Below, piece after piece: positions 1 through 9,855 of a stretch of 44,341 nucleotides of DNA (the first letter of the stretch is position 1; every line of letters begins with the position of its first letter). The notes beneath the pieces were generated by a model. The model saw nothing but the letters and a program-made list of their open reading frames with translations. It did not search any database and was not told the DNA's origin. The DNA lies in the NCBI GenBank assembly GCA_031414595.1, contig JANNVX010000090.1:1-44341 (forward strand). Reading direction: 5' to 3'. A program made the position numbers and the translations under genes. This DNA comes from Deinococcales bacterium (lineage in GTDB: Bacteria; Deinococcota; Deinococci; Deinococcales; JAAFIG01).

Positions 1-140
1 TATCTTTGCTGATTTGGATGCTTTGGAAGATATTTTGTGTGACCGTTGTGCTTTTCTGATGCAGAATCCTGAACTGGTTCGTGGTCGGGCTGGTTTTAGC
101 TGGCTCGATGATTAAATACTATCTAAGTAAATTTGGTATA
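1..140 (+). mobile_element. 3' end of an IS630-family insertion sequence (transposase C-terminus 2..115, right end near 138-140)
   Basis: Frame 2 reads IFADLDALEDILCDRCAFLMQNPELVRGRAGFSWLDD* (stop 113-115), resembling IS630 transposase C-termini (F.xLDxLE...RC...PE...GFxW). It is followed by ...AAATTTGGTA-TA, compatible with a terminal IR plus TA target. Confidence 0.7.
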
Positions 141-232
141 ACGCCCTCAAAGGGTGCAAAAGGCTTGGGCGGGTTGCTTTTCAGAACCTGCGGTGGCTTG
201 TGTGGCTTTGACCAGTCTTAAATGTTACTGAT

Positions 233-1039
233 CTAAGCTCGTTTGAGCAGCAGCACCAAAACAAAAATAGCGGTATTGACCAGCACAATCATTGCTCCTG
301 CTGGGGCATCAAAGTGATACGAAGCGTACAAACCAATCATACCCCCCAATGCCCCAACCAAGCTGCCGACCAGAATCATTTGGCTCAGTCTCGAGGTCAG
401 CATTCGGGCGGTACTGGCAGCCGTGACCAGCAGACTGACCACCAACACTGTACCGACCATTTGAATCGCCAGCACCACGGTTAAAGCAATTAGAATCATC
501 AAAAAAGCATTCAAATGCTGGACTGGCAACCCTGAAACCCGAGCTTCGATTTCGTCAAAAGCAACCAGCACCAATTCTTTACGAATCGCAAATAAGGCAG
601 CCAAAATTATAACTGTAAAGAAGGTAGTCGTAAGAATATCTTCTGGGGCAATACCAAGCGGGTCGCCAACCAATAAATGGGCTAAATCTAGGCTGTACGA
701 TTTGGTTCTCGAGAGCAGAACAATACCCAGTGCAAACATCCCAACAAAAACCGTTCCAATTGCAGCATCTTGCTTTAAGCCACTTTTTCTCGAGACCCAA
801 CCAATCCCAAGGGCAGTAATAATCGCGGCTGCCACACCCCCAAGGTAATAATCTATTTTAAGTAAGAAGGCAGCCACAATCCCCGGGAAAACCGCGTGCG
901 CCATTGCATCCCCAATATAAGATAAGCCGCGCAGTACCACAAACGCACCAATGACGCCGCAAAGCAGGGCAATAATACCGACCCCCAAAAGCGCACGCTG
1001 GAAAAACTCAAATTGCAACGGCTCGAGCAGCCAATTCAT
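233..1039 (-). CDS. Mn/Zn ABC transporter permease (ABC-3, MntB/ZnuB family)
   Basis: Very hydrophobic; contains the GDAMAHAVFPG signature; downstream of the ABC ATPase. Confidence 0.92.
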   Translation of the reverse strand: MNWLLEPLQFEFFQRALLGVGIIALLCGVIGAFVVLRGLSYIGDAMAHAVFPGIVAAFLLKIDYYLGGVAAAIITALGIGWVSRKSGLKQDAAIGTVFVGMFALGIVLLSRTKSYSLDLAHLLVGDPLGIAPEDILTTTFFTVIILAALFAIRKELVLVAFDEIEARVSGLPVQHLNAFLMILIALTVVLAIQMVGTVLVVSLLVTAASTARMLTSRLSQMILVGSLVGALGGMIGLYASYHFDAPAGAMIVLVNTAIFVLVLLLKRA

Positions 1040-1085
1040 AACGCCTCTTGTGAGCGGTTCATAACGCCTCTTGTGAGTGGTTCAC
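1035..1085. repeat. Two 23-bp tandem repeats plus a partial third at the ATPase/permease junction
   Basis: ttcataacgcctcttgtgagcgg (1035-1057), ttcataacgcctcttgtgagtgg (1058-1080), then ttcac. Confidence 0.95.
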
Positions 1086-1828
1086 AACACACCTCTCGAG
1101 AAGGTCTTGGCGATGTTCTCTGGGGTGTATACCCGTTCTGGCTTACCCGAGGCAATAACGGTCTGATTGACCAGTAATATATGCGAACACCAATTTTTAG
1201 CGGCTTCGAGGTCGTGTGTGACCATTAAAATTCCTTTTCCAGCAATCCGTTCTGCCTCGAGGAGTTCTAAGATTCGGTCTTGGGTGGTGCTGTCCACCCC
1301 ATTAAATGGTTCATCTAAGAATAACAATGAGGCTTCTCGAGCCATCATTCGTGCCAGCAATGCCCGTTGGCGTTGCCCACCAGATAAATCGCCAATTGGA
1401 CGGTGCCGTAAATCGATTAAATCAGAACGCTCGAGGGCATTCTTCACAATTTCACGGTCAGATTGAGTGGCACTTTTCAACCAACCGATTTTTTTGACCC
1501 GAGCCATCATCACCACATCCCAAACTGTGACAGGAAAAGCCCAATCGAGCGCTCTGGCTTGTGGCACATAGGCGATTTGCTGGGTTGGCTTGGGTTGTAA
1601 ATGACTCGAGAACGTAACAGTGCCTTTGAATGGCACTAAGCCCAACATGGCTTTAAGTAAAGTGCTTTTGCCCGCGCCATTCGGTCCGATAATTGCCACA
1701 AATTCACGCGGACAGAGATGGAAATTTGCGCCCTCGAGTGCCGTGGTTTCGCCGTAATTGACTCCAAGATTCTGCACATCCACCAAACGGCTCGAGTGGT
1801 CATGAGGAAAACGAGTCGCATCTGGCAT
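1082..1828 (-). CDS. Mn/Zn ABC transporter ATP-binding protein
   Basis: Walker A GPNGAGKS, YVPQ, LSGGQRQR, FLDEP, VTHD; TAGACT 6 nt upstream of the ATG. Confidence 0.93.
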   Translation of the reverse strand: MPDATRFPHDHSSRLVDVQNLGVNYGETTALEGANFHLCPREFVAIIGPNGAGKSTLLKAMLGLVPFKGTVTFSSHLQPKPTQQIAYVPQARALDWAFPVTVWDVVMMARVKKIGWLKSATQSDREIVKNALERSDLIDLRHRPIGDLSGGQRQRALLARMMAREASLLFLDEPFNGVDSTTQDRILELLEAERIAGKGILMVTHDLEAAKNWCSHILLVNQTVIASGKPERVYTPENIAKTFSRGVL

Positions 1829-1958
1829 TGGGGCAGTCTATGTCAGGTAACGCACAGGTAACAAGACCACGTTTATACTTAAGTGGACATTGAGCCATGA
1901 GCTATGAGCTTTGAGAAAGGCTTTTTGTAGGTTGTTCTCGAGGACAATGGAGGTTTTT

Positions 1959-3224
1959 ATGAAGCGACAACATTGGGTTTTAGCAGTTGGGTTAATCGGT
2001 ATTTTGGTGGCATGTCCAAATCCAAATCCAGCCGTACAATTTACGGTCACAGCCAACGCGGGGGCAAACGGCAATGTTTCGCCAATGACACAAAAAGTGA
2101 ATAGTGGTGCAACTGCCAACATAACCGTCACTGCCAACGCTGGGTTTAGCATCTCGAGTGTGACTGGTTGTGGCGGCAACCTCAACGCCAACCTTTACAC
2201 CACAGCCATCATCAGCGCAGATTGCACGGTTAATGCCACTTTTGCGGCTAATCCACCCGCCGCCACGACTGGCACAACCAATTTTGCCGTGACTGGTTCT
2301 GGGGTGCTACAAGCCTCTCGCACCTCGAGATACCGCGTTTCGGGTGTGGCTGCTCCAAATAGTGGCAGACCACTGGTTATTTTCTTACATGGCGACGGTG
2401 ACTCGAATGTCCAAGTCCCCAGTAGCTACACCACTTTTACAGATGCACAAGCGGCAGTTCTGGTTTCTCCGCAAGGCTTAAATGCCACATGGCGTTTTCG
2501 CATGGATGGCAAGGACAACGCAGGGGCTGCCGCCGAAGTAGACGATATTGCTTTTATCAAAGAAATCATCACTCGAGGCTCGAGCGCCGCCAATCCGCTT
2601 TTTGGGGCGGGAAACAAAATAGACCCAGCCAAAGTCTTTGTGGTTGGTGAATCTCGAGGGGCTGGTTTTGCCTATTATTTGTACGCTCACCCAGAGACCA
2701 AGAATTTAATAAGCGCGATTGCCCCAATTTCTGGCACTTTTTACTGCGGAACTTCTAAAGCATCCACCAATCCGAATCCTTATATTCCACCTGCCGACGC
2801 GGACATTGTTTGTGGTGAAGGAACTCAATTTGGTTACTTTGTACCAAAAGCTAGTTTGTACACTCGAGCCAGCCCACCGCGAATTTTTAATATTCACGGT
2901 TCAAACGACCTAGCCGAAACCGCCGCCCCAGCTTTAGACAACGAGTTTGGCAATTTGATTATTGTGACCAAGCAATGGGCTGCTACCTCGAGCAATTGCG
3001 GTAACGTTCTACCATCAGCCAATCCAGTCTTTAGCAACGCCAGTATCGGCGGAAAAACTGTCACGGCTTACAAGCAACGCAACACTGGCAACACTGCCCC
3101 CTGCGAGGCAGATGTGACCTTTTTTATTGTTCAAGCTGGTGGACATGTACCAAGCGGCTATGCCGAACGAATTACCAAATGGTTCTTTGGGCAGTACAAC
3201 ACCCAAACCAATACTTTTAATTAA
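1959..3224 (+). CDS. Lipoprotein alpha/beta-hydrolase (PHB depolymerase/LpqC-like esterase) with an N-terminal InlB-B-repeat-like beta domain
   Basis: SD GGAGG before ATG 1959; lipobox LVAC; PLVIFLHG, DDIAFI, nucleophile motif GESRG, IHGSND, GGH. Confidence 0.75.
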   Translation: MKRQHWVLAVGLIGILVACPNPNPAVQFTVTANAGANGNVSPMTQKVNSGATANITVTANAGFSISSVTGCGGNLNANLYTTAIISADCTVNATFAANPPAATTGTTNFAVTGSGVLQASRTSRYRVSGVAAPNSGRPLVIFLHGDGDSNVQVPSSYTTFTDAQAAVLVSPQGLNATWRFRMDGKDNAGAAAEVDDIAFIKEIITRGSSAANPLFGAGNKIDPAKVFVVGESRGAGFAYYLYAHPETKNLISAIAPISGTFYCGTSKASTNPNPYIPPADADIVCGEGTQFGYFVPKASLYTRASPPRIFNIHGSNDLAETAAPALDNEFGNLIIVTKQWAATSSNCGNVLPSANPVFSNASIGGKTVTAYKQRNTGNTAPCEADVTFFIVQAGGHVPSGYAERITKWFFGQYNTQTNTFN

Positions 3225-3236
3225 ATTCTCGAGAAC

Positions 3237-3265
3237 AAAAAAGCCCCGAAAACTTCGGGGCTTTT
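3237..3265. terminator. Bidirectional intrinsic terminator
   Basis: aaaagccccgaa-aac-ttcggggctttt between convergent genes. Confidence 0.88.
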
Positions 3266-3279
3266 ACTATTTCAAAACT

Positions 3280-3708
3280 TTATGCCTCGAGGGTCGCTTC
3301 GAGTTCCATGCTCGGCACAGCACCAAGTGCCTTAGAAACAATACAACCAGTTTTTGTTGCTTCGGCAAACTCATGGAATTTTTCGGCGCTTAAGCCCGGT
3401 ACTTTAGCCCTAGTCACCAGTTTCAGTTTAGAAATAACCATCCCATCACCAATTTTTTCGACGGTACACTGCCCTTCGGTGCTGACAAACTCGGCTGCAA
3501 AACCATTCTTCTCGAGGGCTGCATTTAACGCCATGCTGTAACAACCAGCGTGTGCCGCCGCCAAGAGTTCTTCTGGGTTTGTTCCAGCCCCATCCTCAAA
3601 ACGGCTGGTGAAGGCGTACTGCATATCTAAGCCGCTCTGACCCGCGAGGTGTCCTTTTCCTTCTTTAAGTGTTCCTGTCCAAGTGGCAACTGCTTTACGT
3701 GTTGGCAT
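3280..3708 (-). CDS. osmC: OsmC-family peroxiredoxin
   Basis: SRFEDGAGTNPEELLAAAHAGCYSMAL and CIVSKAL motifs; SD AAGGAG. Confidence 0.92.
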   Translation of the reverse strand: MPTRKAVATWTGTLKEGKGHLAGQSGLDMQYAFTSRFEDGAGTNPEELLAAAHAGCYSMALNAALEKNGFAAEFVSTEGQCTVEKIGDGMVISKLKLVTRAKVPGLSAEKFHEFAEATKTGCIVSKALGAVPSMELEATLEA

Positions 3709-3780
3709 AATTTATTTCTCCTTAGCCTTCATCCTAAGAGTTTTAGAGCAGGGCAATTGTCGCGCAGATGGCAAAGAGTC

Positions 3781-4749
3781 TTAAATCACTTCAATCACGA
3801 CTTTACCTTTGGTGTGACCACCTTCGCCATACCGATGTGCCTCGGCTATTCTCTCGAGTGGGTAAACTTTTTCGATTCTTGGTTTGAGTTGCCCAGCTTC
3901 AACCAAACCGCTTAGAAACTCGAGGTCTTTGTGGTTGGTATCGGTTAAATGAGTACCAAGCTGTTTATCTTTTGTTAAACGACTGATGATCATTTGGAGG
4001 ATTTGAAACCGTGCTTTGAATGGATTTTCGCCAACATAGATACCTGTTTTGGTCAGGGATGGTTTGCAACTAAAGTAGCTTCGTTTACCGACGGTATCGT
4101 AAATAATGTCGTACTGCTTTCCCTGTTTGGTAAAATCTGTGGTTGTGTAATCCAGCACAATATCTGCCCCAAGTTTTTTGACCCACTCGAGGTTGCTGGT
4201 GCTGCACACAGCCGTGACATGGCAGCCAAAATACTTGGCGAGTTGCACCGCAAAATGTCCAATCCCACCCGAAGCCCCGTTAATCAAAACACGCTGTCCT
4301 TTTTGAATGCCTGCCACGTCACGCAAGGCTTGTAGCGCGGTTTGGGCAGCCAAAGGAATGGCGGCGGCTTCTTTGAACGACAGGTTATTTGGTTTTAAGA
4401 CCAATAAAGACTCATGGGCAGCTACAAATTCGGCGTGAGAGCCTCGGCAATTGCCAAAAACCGCATCACCGACCTTAAAACGAGTGACTTTACTGCCAAT
4501 CGCAACCACTTCACCCGCCACATCTGCCCCTCGAATCTGCATCTCTGGTTTGGGCTTGAGCCAACCAGCCGATGGTCGAACAGGAAGAAATCCTGACCTG
4601 AACAAAAAATCTATTGGGTTAATCGAAGCGTAATGAACTTTGACCAGTACCCGAGAAGCATTGTCCCCCTCGAGGGTTGGCACTGGGATATTTTCAATGT
4701 GTAGAACCGACGGTGAGCCATATGTTTTGTAAAGAGCAGCTTTCATCAT
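3781..4749 (-). CDS. NAD(P)-dependent alcohol dehydrogenase / quinone oxidoreductase (MDR superfamily)
   Basis: ASINPID, GADVAG, INGASGGIG, GHTKGKVVI. Confidence 0.88.
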   Translation of the reverse strand: MMKAALYKTYGSPSVLHIENIPVPTLEGDNASRVLVKVHYASINPIDFLFRSGFLPVRPSAGWLKPKPEMQIRGADVAGEVVAIGSKVTRFKVGDAVFGNCRGSHAEFVAAHESLLVLKPNNLSFKEAAAIPLAAQTALQALRDVAGIQKGQRVLINGASGGIGHFAVQLAKYFGCHVTAVCSTSNLEWVKKLGADIVLDYTTTDFTKQGKQYDIIYDTVGKRSYFSCKPSLTKTGIYVGENPFKARFQILQMIISRLTKDKQLGTHLTDTNHKDLEFLSGLVEAGQLKPRIEKVYPLERIAEAHRYGEGGHTKGKVVIEVI

Positions 4750-4771
4750 ATTTTCCTTTTGTTGAGTTGTT

Positions 4772-5866
4772 TCACCAAACGTATTTCATTTTGCTTTTGG
4801 GCTTGTTCATACGGTTTTTTCCTTCGAGGTACAACTGCAATTGGCTGGTTTGGATTTGCCAACGAGCCTCTGCCAAGTGCGGCTTAAAACCGAGTTCATG
4901 GTTAATTTTCAGCATCGGTGCGTTCAAGTCTGCGTTTTTAGTGCGAATAAACTGGGCTTGCGGAATTTCAAACAGTATTTTCTCAAGCATGACAGCTTTA
5001 AGCCAGCGCCCAAGTCCAAGATTGCGGTAAGCAGCCAGTACACTCGTATTTTCTTGATGAATAATTTGTGGTTGGCGCGGATTCCAAGTGATGTCGGTGT
5101 ACGCCACTAGATGCCCAGTCGCCAGTTCTCGAGCCACCAAAGTCCAGTGCTTTAAGCCCTGAGCGAACCAACCTTGTTCTAGCATTCGCAGCATTTGGGG
5201 GGTGAAAACAAAATCCTCTATTTGCAAGTTACCCCTAGGAATGGTGTTCATGACAGCAAATAAGGTGGTAAAGTCTGGTAGATGGGCTTCGGGGAATGCA
5301 CCATCCCAAAAGAGCAATTCAAAACCTGTACAGGTTGCGTCGGCTCGAGTCATCCATGTGCTGATTAGGGCTTGGTTCAATTCGGCTAAATCCAGTTGGT
5401 TGCTGTGGCTCTCGAGGGCGAGTTCTGCGCCGATATTTTGCATCAGGGCTGCCCCTGCCAAAACACGATTGTTGGTGTTGGTCATCAGTAAAGTGCGCTC
5501 ATGCTGTTCGGCTCGAGTTGCAATTTTTTGCAGGAATGCCTCTGCCATGCCTTGTCTGCGGTACTCGGGCAAGACTTGAATCTCAAAAGTTGCGAGGTGC
5601 TTATTTTGTTCAATTTGTAAAATTTGCAGTTCGGCTCGAGCCACGATGTTGTCATTTTGGTAGATGACCCAAACTGGCAATTCGACCAATAACGGCAGGC
5701 TCTTGGCTTTTTGAATGGTTTGCTCGAGTAAGCACAGTGGGTCGTGCGGCAAAATTTCTGTCTGCATCAAATTGGCAAAAATGTTCAGCGCTGCGTACTC
5801 TTTTGTACTTGCCTGACGAATATCCAATTCGTGGATGGTCAAAGGTTGATTCAAAGGTTGATTCAT
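4772..5866 (-). CDS. Tandem-domain GNAT N-acetyltransferase
   Basis: Two acetyl-CoA motifs (VLPEYRRQGMA, VLAAYRNLGLGRWLK) and NAPMLKINHELGF. Confidence 0.85.
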   Translation of the reverse strand: MNQPLNQPLTIHELDIRQASTKEYAALNIFANLMQTEILPHDPLCLLEQTIQKAKSLPLLVELPVWVIYQNDNIVARAELQILQIEQNKHLATFEIQVLPEYRRQGMAEAFLQKIATRAEQHERTLLMTNTNNRVLAGAALMQNIGAELALESHSNQLDLAELNQALISTWMTRADATCTGFELLFWDGAFPEAHLPDFTTLFAVMNTIPRGNLQIEDFVFTPQMLRMLEQGWFAQGLKHWTLVARELATGHLVAYTDITWNPRQPQIIHQENTSVLAAYRNLGLGRWLKAVMLEKILFEIPQAQFIRTKNADLNAPMLKINHELGFKPHLAEARWQIQTSQLQLYLEGKNRMNKPKSKMKYVW

Positions 5867-5931
5867 TGTTTGAAAAGTAGCATTCTAGTCGTTCAAATAA
5901 AATAGACAGATTTGAGTGATAGAATTTTTGT

Positions 5932-6549
5932 ATGAAAACTGTTCGTCATCTGGTTGGGGCTGAAGCCGCTAAACTTTTAATTAGCACCACCAATGTTCGT
6001 CATTTGTACCCGTTTATGGGCAAGGAAACCAGTTTAGCCGAAGCTGCCCAAGCCATCAAGCTCTCTAAAAGCCACATGAGTTATTGGCTCAATAAACTCC
6101 TTCGGCTCGAGTTAATCGAGCAAACCCGTATCGAAAAACGCGGTAAACACAATGTTCCACTCTACCAAGCCACTGCCGATGTGTTTACAGTGCCTATCGA
6201 ATCAATTCCTGTTGAATCCGACGAAGATATTCTTGAGATGCACACCAAAGATTTTGACCAAATTGAACGGCGCTCGATTATTCGTTCTGCCAGCACCAAC
6301 GCCGAAGGTTGGCATATTCGTTTTAGCCGCGAAGACCGAATGCTGCCGCAAATGCTGCCCAGCACTGGCGAAATGGAAATGGCAAAAATTTTGAATAAAT
6401 GGGGTTGCCTGAGCCTAACCGACGAACAAGCCAAGAATTTTAGAGGCGAATTACTCGAGATGTTGAAACGCTACGCGCACCAAGAAACAGCCAACGGCAA
6501 AGACCATCTGTTTCGCTTTGTGGTGGTTGAGGCATGGCTTGGGGCTTAG
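5932..6549 (+). CDS. Winged-HTH (ArsR-like) transcriptional regulator, divergent from the GNAT gene
   Basis: SLAEAAQAIKLSKSHMSYWLNKLLRLELI HTH, followed by LYQATA and a C-terminal LSLTDEQA segment. Confidence 0.7.
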   Translation: MKTVRHLVGAEAAKLLISTTNVRHLYPFMGKETSLAEAAQAIKLSKSHMSYWLNKLLRLELIEQTRIEKRGKHNVPLYQATADVFTVPIESIPVESDEDILEMHTKDFDQIERRSIIRSASTNAEGWHIRFSREDRMLPQMLPSTGEMEMAKILNKWGCLSLTDEQAKNFRGELLEMLKRYAHQETANGKDHLFRFVVVEAWLGA

Positions 6550-6553
6550 GCGT

Positions 6554-7879
6554 TTAGTCCAAACGCGCTTCTATTGCCCTTGCATGAGCCTCTAAACCTT
6601 CGGCTCGAGCCAGCAGCCTTGCATCCCCCGCTACCCGCCGCAGGGTCGAGCGATTGACTGCCACAACACTGATGATTTTTTGAAAATCCCGTAGATTAAC
6701 GGGGCTACTAAACCGCGCTGTTCCCATGGTTGGCATAACATGACTCGGACCCGCCAAGTAATCGCCCAATGCCTCCATGCTGTCCTCACCAATAAAGACC
6801 CCGCCAGCATGTTTGACCAACCCCAAAGCCGCCCACGGGTCTTTAATTAGTAAGCACAAATGCTCCGGGGCATAATGATTGGCGAACTCGAGCGCCGTGT
6901 TTAAGTTCGGCTCGAGAATCAGCTTACCGCGTTGTTGCCAAGCGTTGCGCGCCCAAGTCTGATTGGGTTCTGGCAAGGTTGCCACTTGCTGCTCGAGTTG
7001 GTACAGGGTTGCCTTGAGCATATTTTTGGATAAGGCAATTAAAACTGGTTCGGCATCCACATGCTCAGCTTGTGCCAGTAAATCGGCTGCGACATGGACT
7101 GGATTGGCGGTATCATCGGCTAAGACAAGGGTTTCGGTCGGACCTGGAAGTGAAATAATCCCAACTTGCCCGTAAACTTGGCGCATTGCCAGCACGGTGT
7201 AAATGTTTCCAGGACCGCCGATTTTATCTACCTTCGGCACAGACTGTGTACCAAACGCCATTGCCCCAACCGCGACTGCACCACCAAGCGCAAAAACTCG
7301 AGTCACACCAGACTCGAGAGCCGCCACAAGGGTTGTTGGGTCAACCACGCCAGCCTTATTGGGGGGGCTACATAAAATAATTTCAGGTACTCCCGCCACC
7401 ACTGCCACCACTGCGGTGTGAATCACACTTGAAGCCAATGGATTTGCCCCAGCCGGCGCGTACAAGCCAACCCTCTCAAGCGGACGCACCAACTGCCCAA
7501 GCGCCCCAGATTCGTTATGCTCGAGAAAGCCATGGGCTGGCTGCCGCAAATGAAAATCACGCACTCGAGCCACCGCATGACGAATTGCAGCCAGTAAAGT
7601 AGGGTCTAAGTTTTGCCGTGCCTCGAGCCACTTTTCTCGCGGCACTTCAATCCCAGTGAGCGGCACGCCATCAAGTTTAGCGGCGAACTCGAGAACCGCT
7701 TGGTCGCCACGCTTTTGAATCTCCCCAAGAATTTTTGCCACTGCTTGGTCTGGGGTGAGTGGTTCGCCAAACAAAGCACGGTTACGCTCGAGCATACTAG
7801 GGGTAACTTCGGGTTGACCAAAAGACCGAGTTAAAGCGCCTTTAGCCGCCTCACCAGAAAGAATCAAAGGGTGCATCAT
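6554..7879 (-). CDS. hisD: Histidinol dehydrogenase
   Basis: VDKIGGPGNIY, DLLAQAEH, YAPEHL, GDYLAGPSHVMPT, EGLEAHARA. Confidence 0.95.
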   Translation of the reverse strand: MMHPLILSGEAAKGALTRSFGQPEVTPSMLERNRALFGEPLTPDQAVAKILGEIQKRGDQAVLEFAAKLDGVPLTGIEVPREKWLEARQNLDPTLLAAIRHAVARVRDFHLRQPAHGFLEHNESGALGQLVRPLERVGLYAPAGANPLASSVIHTAVVAVVAGVPEIILCSPPNKAGVVDPTTLVAALESGVTRVFALGGAVAVGAMAFGTQSVPKVDKIGGPGNIYTVLAMRQVYGQVGIISLPGPTETLVLADDTANPVHVAADLLAQAEHVDAEPVLIALSKNMLKATLYQLEQQVATLPEPNQTWARNAWQQRGKLILEPNLNTALEFANHYAPEHLCLLIKDPWAALGLVKHAGGVFIGEDSMEALGDYLAGPSHVMPTMGTARFSSPVNLRDFQKIISVVAVNRSTLRRVAGDARLLARAEGLEAHARAIEARLD

Positions 7880-7972
7880 GGCTCGAGTCTATGGTTTTGC
7901 AACAATGACAATCAAGAGGCGATTCCGCCCGTTAGGTGCGTCTTGGAATCAAGAGGTGTCTCGAGTATCAAC

Positions 7973-9115
7973 TTATGACTGAGTTCTTTTTCCGTTTAAG
8001 ACCACGCCAATAAAACTGTATCGGACAAGCAATTGATAGGTCAGTAAGGTTAAACCGATGGTAGCCACAACAATACTGGGGAATTTAATCCACCATGCCC
8101 ACTCGAGTGGCGCATAAAGTGTTTGCAGTGCCATGACAAGCGGTAAATGAATCAAGTAAATCCAGTACGCTGCCTCGGAAAAATAACGCTGTGTGGCATT
8201 GAAACTCGAGAAAAAACGCAGCCCAATCCCTAGCAGTGCCAGTGTCCAACTCCAACCTGTCAGGCTGTACAAGGCTGCCAAGCCAAGTTTTTCGGATGGC
8301 GGCGTGAAAACGGGGACTGTACCAAATACCAAAAGACAAGCAAGGCTACCCGAGACAGCCAAAAACAAATTGATTGCCCAGCGCTTTTTTAAGACCTCGA
8401 GCCAATGAATTTGACGGTGCAACCCATAACCAAACAAAAAGGCTGTGCCGTACCCAATCAAAGCAGGTAGATTTGGATAAAGTGTTGTGTCTGGAGTTGG
8501 AATACCAAACCAGTAGAGCCAATTGGGGAATAAGTACAAACTGAGCATGAGTGGCAGTCCAACAATAGGCAACCAAGACCGCAGTAATAAAGAAAATACC
8601 GTATCTAAAACTGTTTTTAACCACGTTAAACGACCCAGTGTGGCTCGAGCCAAAAGCACAACGCTGTAAAAAATCAGCAGTAGATATAAAAACCAAAGGT
8701 GAATGAGCGGGAACGCCTCGGGTGAAATACTCGAGATGGTAAATGGAGCTTGTGGTCTGCCTTGAATGTTAGCAATCCAAGTTAAAACCAGCAAGACACA
8801 GAAAAATAAAATCGGTAAGCCAAAAATGAGTGGTACAGCAATTCGTTTGAGTCGGTCTACAATAAATTTTTGCCAACCCAAACGCTGCAAACTCATGCGG
8901 GCAAAAAAACCAGCCAACACAAAGAAAAGCAGCATTCTAAAAGTGTGAATGAGGAAAAAAATGGCACTTAAGATGGGGCTGCGCGTCGAATCAGCAATCA
9001 CCCAAATTTGCATTCCGGGTAAAAAAGACATCGCGCTGTGCAGTACCACACCCAGCAGTAAAGCAAAGCCTCGTAAGGCATCAAAGCCATGTAAACGTTC
9101 TCGAGTTGGATTCAT
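7973..9115 (-). CDS. Acyltransferase-3 family membrane protein (OpgC/MdoC-like)
   Basis: DALRGFALLLGVVLH, IHTFRMLLFF, HLWFLY, AYWIYLIH. Confidence 0.85.
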   Translation of the reverse strand: MNPTRERLHGFDALRGFALLLGVVLHSAMSFLPGMQIWVIADSTRSPILSAIFFLIHTFRMLLFFVLAGFFARMSLQRLGWQKFIVDRLKRIAVPLIFGLPILFFCVLLVLTWIANIQGRPQAPFTISSISPEAFPLIHLWFLYLLLIFYSVVLLARATLGRLTWLKTVLDTVFSLLLRSWLPIVGLPLMLSLYLFPNWLYWFGIPTPDTTLYPNLPALIGYGTAFLFGYGLHRQIHWLEVLKKRWAINLFLAVSGSLACLLVFGTVPVFTPPSEKLGLAALYSLTGWSWTLALLGIGLRFFSSFNATQRYFSEAAYWIYLIHLPLVMALQTLYAPLEWAWWIKFPSIVVATIGLTLLTYQLLVRYSFIGVVLNGKRTQS

Positions 9116-9173
9116 GATGCTCCTGACAATAAAGGTCGTATCACCTGTTGGTGACAGCCTTCAAGGTAAAATT

Positions 9174-9845
9174 TTAGATAAAATCGGTTTTCTTAAACTG
9201 CACGTAAAAGGTCACGGCAAGCAATATAAGCATGACCATCAATTCGGCAACAATAATCAAGATACTGGTGCTGTCCCAAACAACCCTCGAGCCTCGGATG
9301 GTAGTGCTGATGCTTGGTAGGTTTGAAACAAATGCCATAAAACCTTGGAGCATTAAATTACCTAAAACCACCGCCGCGATTGTCCAGCTTTGTGATTCGG
9401 TGGTTAGGGCAACGGCGAGAATCAAGCAAAAACCCATCAGAATCTCGAGCAGAATCATCGTTACAAAAGGAATCAGTCCGTCGGGCAGGGTATCTCTGGT
9501 TAAAATCAGGACGTAACTGGCAATTAGTAATCCAAGCCAAGGCACAAGGTAAATCAGTAAGTTGGCAAGGATTTTACTGGTCGTGTATTCACGTACTGAA
9601 ATCGGTAGGCTCATGATAAACGGCAATGTTTGCAGGGTACGTTCTTCGATGACCGAAGTCATAATCAGGTGAATCCCAAGCGAAATTAAAACCGTGATTA
9701 AACCAATACTACCAACCGCAAACCAAAGTTCAGAAGGGATGCCGACAATGGCTAGTGCTAGAAGTCCGATGATTAAGTACCCAAGAATTAAGTAGCGTTG
9801 TAAATACCAATCTTTTTGAATGAGGGGTTTGATGTACATGTTCAT
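9174..9845 (-). CDS. ABC-2 type permease (paralog 2)
   Basis: Start moved to ATG 9845 (SD AAGGAG); multi-TM; SLPISVREY motif; clearly paralogous to 9856..10530. Confidence 0.85.
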   Translation of the reverse strand: MNMYIKPLIQKDWYLQRYLILGYLIIGLLALAIVGIPSELWFAVGSIGLITVLISLGIHLIMTSVIEERTLQTLPFIMSLPISVREYTTSKILANLLIYLVPWLGLLIASYVLILTRDTLPDGLIPFVTMILLEILMGFCLILAVALTTESQSWTIAAVVLGNLMLQGFMAFVSNLPSISTTIRGSRVVWDSTSILIIVAELMVMLILLAVTFYVQFKKTDFI

Positions 9846-9855
9846 GGGTTTCTCC

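Noticed and set aside
1035-1085. Possible mini-CRISPR array
   Set aside because: Repeats are directly adjacent with no spacers, and there are no cas genes in the window.
5841-5866. 12-nt tandem repeat at the GNAT start (MNQPLNQPL)
   Set aside because: An in-frame two-copy duplication with no phase-shifting potential.
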